30,159 nucleotides of DNA from positions 1-30,159 of IMG/VR virus record IMGVR_UViG_3300005805_000017, one strand, 5' to 3'. Both the position numbers and the translations under genes were made by a program. Each line of letters opens with the position of its first letter. Positions within the stretch are counted from its first letter, which is position 1. Source of the DNA: a virus. Taxonomy: Duplodnaviria; Caudoviricetes. Below, piece by piece: positions 1 through 7,458 of this stretch. The notes under the pieces were generated by a model, which was not told where the DNA came from, made no database searches, and saw only the letters and a program-made list of their open reading frames with translations.

Positions 1-99
1 GTCACCGAAATAAGTTAGGTTAGTCGCTGAGACCTTAGCCGTAAAACTACTATAGTCGGCGGCCGTAATTAACCCCCTCTTAGTAGCGCTAGCCGTTGG
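1..99. repeat. Terminal direct repeat, left copy (circular overlap)
   Basis: 1-99 is identical to 30061-30159, and a reading frame runs uninterrupted across the junction. The 99-nt length is consistent with an assembler k-mer overlap. Confidence 0.97.
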
Positions 100-2247
100 A
101 ATATTGAACGTGTGAGTATTGCCCGCGCTATTTATTGTAAAGTCTGTGCCCGCTGTGCCGGTTGCAAAATTTTGAGTAGTATCCGTTAACCCATTTAACG
201 AACTTAAACCTATAGCGTAGGTAGTATGTACCTCTCCTATTTTGGCGTTTTCCGTATAGAGGGTTACTGTCTTGCCGTTAGTGTTTTGTATGTCGAACTC
301 AATATAGACCCTATCTGTCGCAAGGGTTACCGTATTCGAGACAGAGACGGCAAAGGTGTAAAGGTCTACTACGTTACCGTTGGTAATTTGTTCTACCGGC
401 GACGTACCTACTAAAGTAAAAGTAGTGCCGTTATAGGTGTATATTTTCGCTAATATTTCGGCGTGATTAGAACCGCCGCCCGTCTCACTTAAATAAACGT
501 CTATCGTCCAAACTCCAGAGGGTAATAATAAATGGTTAGGTGAGTTAATAGGTGTAATAAACCTGGCTAACACTCCGGTAGTCGCCCTGGTAAAATTCGC
601 CGCCGCTCCGGTTGCCGCCGCCGTTCCTAGTTGGTAATAGTTATTACCGCTTATAGTGGCCTCTAAAGTATTCCCGTTAAAATAGAATATCTGGCCGCCA
701 CCGCCTCCGGTGCTAGGAAAGTTCGCTAACGTCCCGTCACCTCTTATATACTGATCTGTATTACCCGCTCCGCTCACCGCTAAAATACCTGAGCCGGTTA
801 CCGGTGACCCTGTGACATTAAACGCCGCCGGCATAGTTAGACCTACAGACGTTACCCCTGTCGTCGGGGTCTTAGGTTCCCAGGCTTGAGTAGAACTATT
901 ATAAGTTAATACCTGGTTATTACTCGGCCCTGTGGCGTCTACGTCGTCTAAGTCGTCTAACGTAATCTTACCCGCTAAATTTTGTATACTATCATTAACC
1001 CACTTATTAGTAAAACTATTATAGCGTAAAACGTCATAGCCATACGCGCTAGTTATAGTTACGTCGCTGAGATCTGTTAGAGCGCCTATAGGCTGAATAG
1101 CCCAGACGGCCGCCCCTGTGCTAGCGTCGCTACAGTTATAAATTACACCGTTATCTAAAACCCATTTGCTACCTACTACAAAGCCTTTAGTATCGTCGTC
1201 GTTAACTGTTGGGGCGTAAGCAAAGTTATTTCTAACCTCCCTAATAGTAAAGCCGTCCTGTTGTAAAACGAATAAACGGCCCGCGTCCCATTTTAGTTCG
1301 TAGTCTATACTACATTTTAAGGCTATACCTCCCAGGCCTCCCAGGCCCGCGTCTGTGGTACCCTCGCCCATTTTAGCGCCGTTGTCTAATATTATAGACG
1401 CTCCCGGGCCTAACTCAATATCGTTTGTAGTAGTGTTACCTACGTCTGTTACGTCCTGTAAACTAGGAGCCCCCGGGGTATTTATTAGGTCGTTATAGTC
1501 GCCGCTAAAGGCTACCGCCGCTAAACTGGATATATCCGCTTTTAAATCTAACGCGTTCTGTAGATCTGTTTGGTTAGATAGCGTCCCACTAATTGAGCCC
1601 CATGCCGCCGCCGCTCCCCCTACCGCGTCTATCCTTACCCGGCCGTCGCCTAAATCTGTTACTGTGGTATTAGTCCCGTCGACTATGTTTAGTAGGTTCT
1701 GTAGTACGTTATTAACGCTATTAACTTTCAGCACTAAACCAAAGCCGCTCCCACTTCCCCCGGATCCACTACCGCCCGGGGCCCAGTTCGCGGGTATGTC
1801 ACAGGCCGACCACTTGTAAGGGAAAGTTAACCCAATAGTTAACTGTATGCCGGTCAGGGTATGGGTGTACTCTGCCATAAATGGGGTAGCCGTCGGCCCG
1901 GTGTCTAACGTAACGTCGTCGCCAAATATTACCCCGCCGTTTTTAACCTCGGCTAACAGATCCTCAGCAAGCCTTAAACAGTCGCTAACTATTTCGCGTT
2001 GGTATTCTGCCGCCGTCTCTTTGTCTCTCGGTATGTCGGCAAATACTACAGTAAAACTATAGGAGCGCTCACCCTGTGCCCAGGCTACCTGGGTAGGTGT
2101 TACGTGCATAAGAGGGTAGTCGCTCTCCTGTAATAGTGGAAATATGTTAGCCGGGTCTCCATGGGTAAACTGTTTTATTAGTAGGTGCCCGCTAGCGAAA
2201 GCCTTTAGCCTCTCAATTACTATATTATAACTAACCTCGTTAACCAT
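1..2247 (-). CDS. 5' part (codons 1-749) of a 1119-aa junction-spanning virion protein: tail-terminator-like N-terminal domain fused to a fibre
   Basis: Manual translation from ATG 2247 (MVNEVSYNIVIERLKAFASGHLLIKQFTHGDP...YPLMHVTP...WSACDIP) shows no stop down to base 1 and continues in frame at 30060. It contains a GGSGSGGSGSG linker and fibre motifs WGSISGTLSNQTDLQNALDLKA, LAAVAFSGDYNDLINTP and two LxDLxDV...W repeats. Absent from the ORF track. Confidence 0.9.
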   Translation of the reverse strand, partial: MVNEVSYNIVIERLKAFASGHLLIKQFTHGDPANIFPLLQESDYPLMHVTPTQVAWAQGERSYSFTVVFADIPRDKETAAEYQREIVSDCLRLAEDLLAEVKNGGVIFGDDVTLDTGPTATPFMAEYTHTLTGIQLTIGLTFPYKWSACDIPANWAPGGSGSGGSGSGFGLVLKVNSVNNVLQNLLNIVDGTNTTVTDLGDGRVRIDAVGGAAAAWGSISGTLSNQTDLQNALDLKADISSLAAVAFSGDYNDLINTPGAPSLQDVTDVGNTTTNDIELGPGASIILDNGAKMGEGTTDAGLGGLGGIALKCSIDYELKWDAGRLFVLQQDGFTIREVRNNFAYAPTVNDDDTKGFVVGSKWVLDNGVIYNCSDASTGAAVWAIQPIGALTDLSDVTITSAYGYDVLRYNSFTNKWVNDSIQNLAGKITLDDLDDVDATGPSNNQVLTYNSSTQAWEPKTPTTGVTSVGLTMPAAFNVTGSPVTGSGILAVSGAGNTDQYIRGDGTLANFPSTGGGGGQIFYFNGNTLEATISGNNYYQLGTAAATGAAANFTRATTGVLARFITPINSPNHLLLPSGVWTIDVYLSETGGGSNHAEILAKIYTYNGTTFTLVGTSPVEQITNGNVVDLYTFAVSVSNTVTLATDRVYIEFDIQNTNGKTVTLYTENAKIGEVHTTYAIGLSSLNGLTDTTQNFATGTAGTDFTINSAGNTHTFNIPTASATKRGLITAADYSSFTAKVSATNLTYFGD
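874..1080 (-). repeat. Two 29-aa fibre shaft repeats (994-1080 and 874-960)
   Basis: LTDLSDVTITSAYGYDVLRYNSFTNKWVN and LDDLDDVDATGPSNNQVLTYNSSTQAWEP share LxDLxDV-x8-VLxYNSxTxxW. Confidence 0.75.
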
Positions 2248-2513
2248 TATTAGCCTGTCGTATTATTTGTTTCTGTAGTGCTGTATAGTCTGCCATATAC
2301 GTTAGGTGAGTAAACACCTCGGCCGCCGGACTATCTAACACCGCCTTAAATTTCGTTATGTCTCTCTCCGCTAAACTCTCTACCACATGAAGCCACCCAT
2401 AGCGGGCTAACCCCGCGCCTATGCCATAGTCTCCCTCTCCGTCGTCGTCAGTACCTCCGTTAAACACTCGGCTCCACTTTGCCCTAACTCTTTTACAATA
2501 GTCGAAAAAAAAA
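2240..2513 (-). CDS. -1 frameshift extension of tail assembly chaperone (lambda gpT-like; fused product about 254 aa)
   Basis: The -1 frame opens just after a TAA at 2525-2527, passes through GTT TTT TTT (T9) and runs FDYCKRVRAKWSRVFNGG...YGWLHVVESLAERDITKF to the stop at 2240. Confidence 0.75.
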
Positions 2514-3003
2514 CCAAAGCACCGTTAACCTTATCCATAGTTAGCAAGTTAACGACGTCTAAGTAATACCGTACCCGCTCACTATCGTAAGGCTCTATAC
2601 GGTAGTATTTCCCGAATATGTCAGTAACAGGCCTAAATAGTATAGCCATTAGTTTAGGTAGGTTCGTATAGTCGTTACCGTCTTTTTTCCAGATCTCCTG
2701 GGCGTAACTATCCAGGTCGATATGTTCTCTTAGTGTCAGGTCGTTTAGATCCGGGATAAAGCCCAGGCGCACCCCGTTAATTACTACCGTCTGTTGGTGC
2801 ATAGGTACCCCCACCTTTATAGCGTTGTCGAAAGTATCTATTAACTGGGTAAGGGTATTCATTTTAAACCCCTCCACTACTCGCCTACTTTGCCCGGTTG
2901 CCGCCATTACCCGCTCTACTTCATTACGCCCGCCCTGATAGGCTACGAACTGTTGTAGGGTTATAGCCGCGTTATTCTTAGGTATGGTAATAGTTATAGC
3001 CAT
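2419..3003 (-). CDS. Tail assembly chaperone (lambda gpG-like), 194 aa
   Basis: ORF with a slippery VFF (T9) site near the C-terminus and an overlapping -1 ORF. Motifs GFIPDLNDLTLREHIDLD and LMAILFRP are recalled from Bacteroidota phage chaperones. Confidence 0.7.
   Translation of the reverse strand: MAITITIPKNNAAITLQQFVAYQGGRNEVERVMAATGQSRRVVEGFKMNTLTQLIDTFDNAIKVGVPMHQQTVVINGVRLGFIPDLNDLTLREHIDLDSYAQEIWKKDGNDYTNLPKLMAILFRPVTDIFGKYYRIEPYDSERVRYYLDVVNLLTMDKVNGALVFFSTIVKELGQSGAECLTEVLTTTERETMA
2505..2513 (-). other. Slippery sequence T TTT TTT (T9), putative programmed -1 frameshift site
   Basis: A9 on the plus strand; fits X XXY YYZ in frame and joins two overlapping ORFs. Confidence 0.75.
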
Positions 3004-3024
3004 TTATTTAAAAACTAATTAGGT

Positions 3025-3543
3025 TTATATATTTCCTATAATTTGTATAATGGGTTGGTTATCCGGGCCGCTTAATTCGTGCCGCTCAATATACCCCCGC
3101 TTTTTACCTTTGGTCTTTAGGTAGAATATCGTAGCCGCCGGGCTCCCCTCTTTAATGAGTTTATGTAGGTGTCCCTCGGCAAAGTCTAACGCGATCTCTT
3201 CTATTGAACGGTAGGCCTCGGCATAGTCAGGGTCATTCTCTAACCAAAATAGGTGTTGGTTTCTCGAGGTACCCGTACGCCTCAGAGACTCGGTTACTAT
3301 ACCTAAATTTTTTTCCAGGGCGCGTAACATAGCCCGTTTATACGGATCCTTAATTTTTGAGCCATGTAATATAGCCTTACACTCGGCGCTATAGTCTCGA
3401 GGGTCGGGCGTCTCTATTTCAGCCTGGACTCTCTCTATATCCTCGGCCGTTATGTCGTCGGGTAGCAGTACCGGCTCGACGTTTTTTAGTTCCTGGGCCG
3501 CGTCTAACTTAGTTTCGTTGGCCTTTTGCGTCTTTTTTAACAT
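3025..3543 (-). CDS. terS: Terminase small subunit (putative)
   Basis: HTH-like ALEKNLGIVTESLRRTGTSRNQHLFW followed by ALDFAEGHLHKLIKEGSPAATIFYLKTKGKKRGYIERHELSGPD, a typical TerS signature. Confidence 0.75.
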   Translation of the reverse strand: MLKKTQKANETKLDAAQELKNVEPVLLPDDITAEDIERVQAEIETPDPRDYSAECKAILHGSKIKDPYKRAMLRALEKNLGIVTESLRRTGTSRNQHLFWLENDPDYAEAYRSIEEIALDFAEGHLHKLIKEGSPAATIFYLKTKGKKRGYIERHELSGPDNQPIIQIIGNI

Positions 3544-3547
3544 TTGT

Positions 3548-3754
3548 TCACATTTGTATTGTGTATTGCTTATAGCCGTCCCAATAAATAACGTAGTGTT
3601 CTGCCTTATTTGCTTTAGTTGCCTCTATCATCTGGGTATAACTACCTATAGGGCCTATGTATACAGGGTAGTAATTTCTATTACCGGTTATCTCGGGTAG
3701 GTTTACTAAGTAATAGCCGGTATCTGTTGGCTCTAGTTGTCCTATTTCGGTCAT
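3548..3754 (-). CDS. Hypothetical protein, 68 aa
   Basis: Tightly packed ORF in the operon with an A-rich leader; no motif recognised. Confidence 0.65.
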   Translation of the reverse strand: MTEIGQLEPTDTGYYLVNLPEITGNRNYYPVYIGPIGSYTQMIEATKANKAEHYVIYWDGYKQYTIQM

Positions 3755-3766
3755 GTCTTTTTTTGG

Positions 3767-4081
3767 CTAATTAGATCCGGTAAATATGGGGTAGTCGTTG
3801 TAGGTTATACTCGGCGGGTATTTTAGCCGTATCTCTATAGTATGGGTGTTAGGGGTCTTATACTCTAATATACTTATAGTGTCGTAGTAATAAGCCTCTG
3901 TATTTATCCAATGGTCTAGGTTACCCTGTCCCCAGTTATAACGAACTAGCGGCAATATTTCGGACGTACATAGCACAGAGCAGAGGCCAGGGGTTTTAGG
4001 GCCGTCGTAAGTTGCTATAACCTTAACCGTTTTTACTCCCTCCTGTTCTGGCTGTGGTACTTCCAGGTAAATTTTAGTCAT
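3767..4081 (-). CDS. Hypothetical protein, about 104 aa (alternative start 4099)
   Basis: ORF in the operon; ATG 4081 overlaps the end of the upstream small ORF (ATGACTAA). Confidence 0.65.
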   Translation of the reverse strand: MTKIYLEVPQPEQEGVKTVKVIATYDGPKTPGLCSVLCTSEILPLVRYNWGQGNLDHWINTEAYYYDTISILEYKTPNTHTIEIRLKYPPSITYNDYPIFTGSN

Positions 4082-4205
4082 GGGGTTCGTCTCTGTCATT
4101 GTCTCGGAGTTTCCAGGTCTGGCTAATAGTGTCTAAAACTACTACTAGTAGGGTAATTATTACAGTTAATAGCCCTATGTAGCCTATATACTTAAATACT
4201 TCCAT
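4074..4205 (-). CDS. Small single-TM membrane protein, 43 aa
   Basis: Manual translation MEVFKYIGYIGLLTVIITLLVVVLDTISQTWKLRDNDRDEPHD; fills the gap and has an A-rich leader. Below the ORF-track cutoff. Confidence 0.65.
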   Translation of the reverse strand: MEVFKYIGYIGLLTVIITLLVVVLDTISQTWKLRDNDRDEPHD

Positions 4206-4220
4206 TTTATATATGGTTTT

Positions 4221-4361
4221 TTAGGTAGTTTCTTTGTTTTCCCAGGCCCGGTAACATATCGCTACCCTTTGCTCTAGGTTGTACTCATTTTTTATAACTT
4301 CAATACAGCGCGTTAAAAAGGCTGTTTTCTCTTCGTCGGGGTTAGGTGTCGGTATGGGCAT
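4221..4361 (-). CDS. Conserved-looking small phage protein, 46 aa (MPIPxP...F..RC...QR.AICY..W type)
   Basis: Manual translation MPIPTPNPDEEKTAFLTRCIEVIKNEYNLEQRVAICYRAWENKETT; the pattern is recalled as a small module associated with phage head genes. Confidence 0.75.
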   Translation of the reverse strand: MPIPTPNPDEEKTAFLTRCIEVIKNEYNLEQRVAICYRAWENKETT

Positions 4362-4366
4362 GGTAT

Positions 4367-4690
4367 TTAGTTTATAGGTGTCTGTTTTAGTTTTACGGCC
4401 ATGGCGTCGGTATTCTCTATAATCATGTCTATCTGTTTTGGGTTGTTATCGTAGTGCTTGGTTATTTTGAGCCGCTTTATGGTATGCCATTTATCCCGGC
4501 CACCGGTAAAATAGATCCTGTTTAGTGGTATTCCTAATTTTTTGGCTACAGCGTATACCTCACCGGAGTAAAATAACTTACGGGCCGTTATGATATATAC
4601 CGGCATACCCTTTAGTATGTACTCGGCCGCTATCTCTTTACCTTTAGTAGTATCTAAAACGCCGTCATAATCAAAACTAATTTTTTCCAT
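4367..4690 (-). CDS. Minimal HAD-superfamily hydrolase/phosphatase-like protein
   Basis: Motif I ISFDYDGVL, motif II IITAR, motif III K (DKW), motif IV HYDNN; no cap domain. Confidence 0.75.
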   Translation of the reverse strand: MEKISFDYDGVLDTTKGKEIAAEYILKGMPVYIITARKLFYSGEVYAVAKKLGIPLNRIYFTGGRDKWHTIKRLKITKHYDNNPKQIDMIIENTDAMAVKLKQTPIN

Positions 4691-5147
4691 AGTATTCGTT
4701 TAGGTTTTTTCTCATTTCGTCTATTATACCTTTAACACATTCGCCGCACGTTGTAACCTTAGTCCCCCGGATCCGGCCGGCCCAGGTAAACAGTTCCGTT
4801 ACCTCCTTAGACGGTATAGTGTTAGTACGTAGGCTATCTAAAAAGGCTTTTAACTCTTCTATTTCGGACTCTGTTAACCCATGTAGCCCCCATTTCTCTA
4901 AAGGACATTTGACCCATGGTATACGCCATTTTATGGGCATGAAGCACCCGCACAGTTCAAAGGTCTGTTTATTCCGGGTGACCTGGTTAGCCGCCTTAAC
5001 CTCTTCGGCCTCTTCGGGGGTTAATTTTCTACCTACTAGTAACGTCCCGCATGACTTAAATAGGGGTTTATAGTGTTTACACCCTTGGCATATATCCCGC
5101 CTGAGGTCTCTTACTTCCTTTGGGGCTATTATGTGAAATTTTGACAT
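4677..5147 (-). CDS. Cys-rich metal-binding protein, 156 aa
   Basis: RRDICQGC...SCG...LCGCFMPIKW...CPLEKW in the N-terminal half plus a C-terminal TCGEC. Confidence 0.7.
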   Translation of the reverse strand: MSKFHIIAPKEVRDLRRDICQGCKHYKPLFKSCGTLLVGRKLTPEEAEEVKAANQVTRNKQTFELCGCFMPIKWRIPWVKCPLEKWGLHGLTESEIEELKAFLDSLRTNTIPSKEVTELFTWAGRIRGTKVTTCGECVKGIIDEMRKNLNEYYGKN

Positions 5148-5637
5148 TTTTACGAATTTTATTTAGTGCTATCTCTACTAACTTATACAGATCCTTTACC
5201 TCTATACCGGTATCTATACTTACTTTACGGTAACTAAACCCGGGCTGAGAGTATAAACGGAGTATAATAGCCTCGGCCTCCCCCATTAAGGCGGTATACG
5301 CGTCTATATACTCGGTGTCTAGTCTGCTACCTATCCAGGTTTCGTCTTTTAGGTCTGCTATAGTTTTTTCCGCGTCCCACATTTGACTAAACCGGCGCGT
5401 TTTATTGTAGGCGCTATTTTTAGTTATAGCCATAAAATATAGGCACCGGTTAAAATACCAATATAGTTTCCCCTCCTCGGCTAACCTCTCGGCCGTTGGT
5501 CTGGCTGTGTCCAAAAGTTTTAACATGGTTTCACTTAGTAGGTCGTCACCTTTAACGGGGTCGCCACCGGCTAACCCTTTGGCGTGTGATCTCCAAACGG
5601 GGTAATGTTTATTTATTTCGCGGGTCAAGGCGTCCAA
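5077..5637 (-). CDS. Phage ECF/sigma70-like transcription factor (putative late activator)
   Basis: Region-2-like GDDLLSETMLKLL and region-4-like ILRLYSQPGFSYRKVSIDTGIEVKDLYKLVEIALNKIRK; first gene of the long morphogenesis operon; TTG start. Confidence 0.65.
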   Translation of the reverse strand: MDALTREINKHYPVWRSHAKGLAGGDPVKGDDLLSETMLKLLDTARPTAERLAEEGKLYWYFNRCLYFMAITKNSAYNKTRRFSQMWDAEKTIADLKDETWIGSRLDTEYIDAYTALMGEAEAIILRLYSQPGFSYRKVSIDTGIEVKDLYKLVEIALNKIRKNVKISHNSPKGSKRPQAGYMPRV

Positions 5638-5655
5638 ATGTAGAAAAAACTATAC

Positions 5656-5663
5656 TATATTTG
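5656..5663 (+). promoter_or_regulatory. Bacteroidota -7 promoter box TATATTTG for the HTH-SSB-TerL operon
   Basis: Matches TAnnTTTG and lies 26 nt upstream of ATG 5690; no clear -33 box. Confidence 0.55.
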
Positions 5664-5665
5664 CA

Positions 5666-5698
5666 CAAATGTAGAGAAAAACCTACACTATGTACAAA
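5666..5698 (-). promoter_or_regulatory. Bacteroidota promoter TTTG-N21-TACATTTG for the sigma/morphogenesis operon
   Basis: -7 box at 5666-5673 and -33 TTTG at 5695-5698, upstream of the start at 5637. Confidence 0.6.
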
Positions 5699-5881
5699 GT
5701 AACTTTAGAGAGGGTAATAAACGACTATTTTAAAAGTAAAAAGGCCTTTAGTGAGGCCATGGGCGTTAGTCGTTGGACTGTGGACTTTTGGATAAAAAAC
5801 CCCGGTAAAATAAAGGCTAAGTACATAGTAGATATTACCCGGCTAACTAACCTACCTATAGAAAAAATTAAACTTAATTAG
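5690..5881 (+). CDS. Cro/XRE-like helix-turn-helix regulator
   Basis: SKKAFSEAMGVSRWTVDFWIKNP HTH pattern; 63 aa; divergent from the sigma-like gene. Confidence 0.75.
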   Translation: MYKVTLERVINDYFKSKKAFSEAMGVSRWTVDFWIKNPGKIKAKYIVDITRLTNLPIEKIKLN

Positions 5882-5883
5882 AT

Positions 5884-6105
5884 ATGGAGAGAGATAACAG
5901 CGGCATACTTTTTAAAAATAATAAAAAGACTTCCGATAAACAGCCCGATTTAAACGGTACTATTATGATAGCCGGTAAAAAATACAGACTTAGCGCCTGG
6001 ACTAAACAGGGCCAGTCTGGTAAGTTTCTGAGCCTGTCTATTAGCGACTTTACCCCCTCACCTACTACCTCTACTTATAATAACGACGGAGACAGTTGGC
6101 TGTAA
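5884..6105 (+). CDS. Small putative ssDNA-binding protein (DUF736-like)
   Basis: GILFKN..K..KQPDLNG.I.I.GKKY.LSAW.K....GKFLSLSI followed by a flexible acidic/aromatic tail (NNDGDSWL). Confidence 0.6.
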   Translation: MERDNSGILFKNNKKTSDKQPDLNGTIMIAGKKYRLSAWTKQGQSGKFLSLSISDFTPSPTTSTYNNDGDSWL

Positions 6106-7400
6106 CTCTTCTACCTAAACAATTAGAATGTCTTAGACACCTGGTAATAGAGAGCCCGGCCGAGGTCGTTTTATTCGGGGGTGCCGCCGGAGGGTCTAAA
6201 AGTTTCTTAGGTTGCTTTTGGCAGATCCAGAGACGGCTAAAGTATCCAGGTACCCGGGGGCTCATAGGCCGATCTAAATTAGATACTCTTAAAAAAACTA
6301 CCCTACAGACGTTTTTTGAGGTCGCTAAACTTTGCGGGCTAAGGGCTATAGAACACTATATCATAAATGGGCAGACTAACGTAATTACGTTCTATAATAA
6401 GAGCGAAATACTTTTAGTGGATCTATTTTTTTACCCCTCAGATCCGAATTTTGACGACCTAGGCTCTTTAGAATTAACAGACTGGTTTATAGACGAGGCC
6501 TCTCAGGTCAGTAAAAAGGCCGTCGACATAGTACGCTCCAGGGTTCGTTTTAAATTGAATGAGTATAACCTACCCCCGAAAGGGTTAATGACTTGTAACC
6601 CGTCTAAGGGTTGGTTATATAACGACTTTTATAGCCCCTGGAAACAGGGGGCCCTACCGGATATGTACGCTTTTATACAGTCTAAGGTAACAGATAACCC
6701 CCACCTACCCCCTACCTATCAGGAAACACTAGCCAGGCTACCGGACGTAGATCGTAAAAGGCTCTTAGAGGGTGACTGGGAGTATGACGAAACGCTAGAC
6801 GTACTATTTAAGGTAGACGACGTTTTAGCCTGTTTTAGAGAAAATAGCCCTACCGGAGAGCGCTATATAACCGCCGACGTCGCCCGCCTGGGTAAAGATA
6901 GGACGGTTATAGGTGTCTGGACGGGTTTAACTCTTATTTACGTACATGAATTAAGGCGCGCAAGGGTTAACGAGGTTGTAGACTGTATAATGACTCTAAA
7001 GAGCCGCTATAAAGTTGAGGCCCGTAATGTCGTAATAGATGAGGACGGCGTAGGCGGGGGCGCGGTTGACGCTATTAAGGGTTGCCGGGGGTTCGTTAAC
7101 GGATCCAGGGCCGTTCATAGTGAGCGCTACCCTAACTTAAAGAGCGAATGTTATTATAAACTAGCGGAGTTAATAGAGAAACGGCTAGTATTTTTCCCGC
7201 TTACGGAAAAAAACGTACTCGTAAAAGAGTTAGACATGATCCGGCGCCGACGTCCCGAACAGGACGGTAAACTAACAGTTACGAGTAAAGAGGAAATAGC
7301 CCGCGTTCATGGGGTGAGCCCCGACTATAGCGACATGGTAATGATGCGTATGTTGTTCGAGGTAAGGCCTAACTACGGTAAATACAGTTACGCTGTATAA
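6096..7400 (+). CDS. terL: Terminase large subunit
   Basis: Adenine-binding PKQ, Walker A GGAAGGSKS, Walker B WFIDEA, coupling motif TCNP, RNase-H-like ITADVARLGKDRTV and SPDYSD. Confidence 0.93.
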   Translation: MAVTLLPKQLECLRHLVIESPAEVVLFGGAAGGSKSFLGCFWQIQRRLKYPGTRGLIGRSKLDTLKKTTLQTFFEVAKLCGLRAIEHYIINGQTNVITFYNKSEILLVDLFFYPSDPNFDDLGSLELTDWFIDEASQVSKKAVDIVRSRVRFKLNEYNLPPKGLMTCNPSKGWLYNDFYSPWKQGALPDMYAFIQSKVTDNPHLPPTYQETLARLPDVDRKRLLEGDWEYDETLDVLFKVDDVLACFRENSPTGERYITADVARLGKDRTVIGVWTGLTLIYVHELRRARVNEVVDCIMTLKSRYKVEARNVVIDEDGVGGGAVDAIKGCRGFVNGSRAVHSERYPNLKSECYYKLAELIEKRLVFFPLTEKNVLVKELDMIRRRRPEQDGKLTVTSKEEIARVHGVSPDYSDMVMMRMLFEVRPNYGKYSYAV

Positions 7401-7427
7401 AAAATTAGCCCCAGACGTTACCGGGGC
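7399..7427 (-). terminator. Rho-independent terminator between convergent terL and early operon
   Basis: Minus strand GCCCCGG-TAACGT-CTGGGGC followed by TAATTTTTT. Confidence 0.75.
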
Positions 7428-7428
7428 C

Positions 7429-7443
7429 AATCTTGTCAAGATT
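7429..7443. promoter_or_regulatory. Perfect 15-bp palindrome AATCTTG-T-CAAGATT (possible operator)
   Basis: Seen directly in the 58-bp intergenic gap; function is inferred only. Confidence 0.4.
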
Positions 7444-7458
7444 ACTTACATCAAACAA

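Noticed and set aside
226-2062. Plus-strand ORFs 226-414 and 1847-2062, and the apparent non-coding gap at 1-2240
   Set aside because: The region is fully occupied by the minus-strand junction-spanning gene; these ORFs are antisense shadows.
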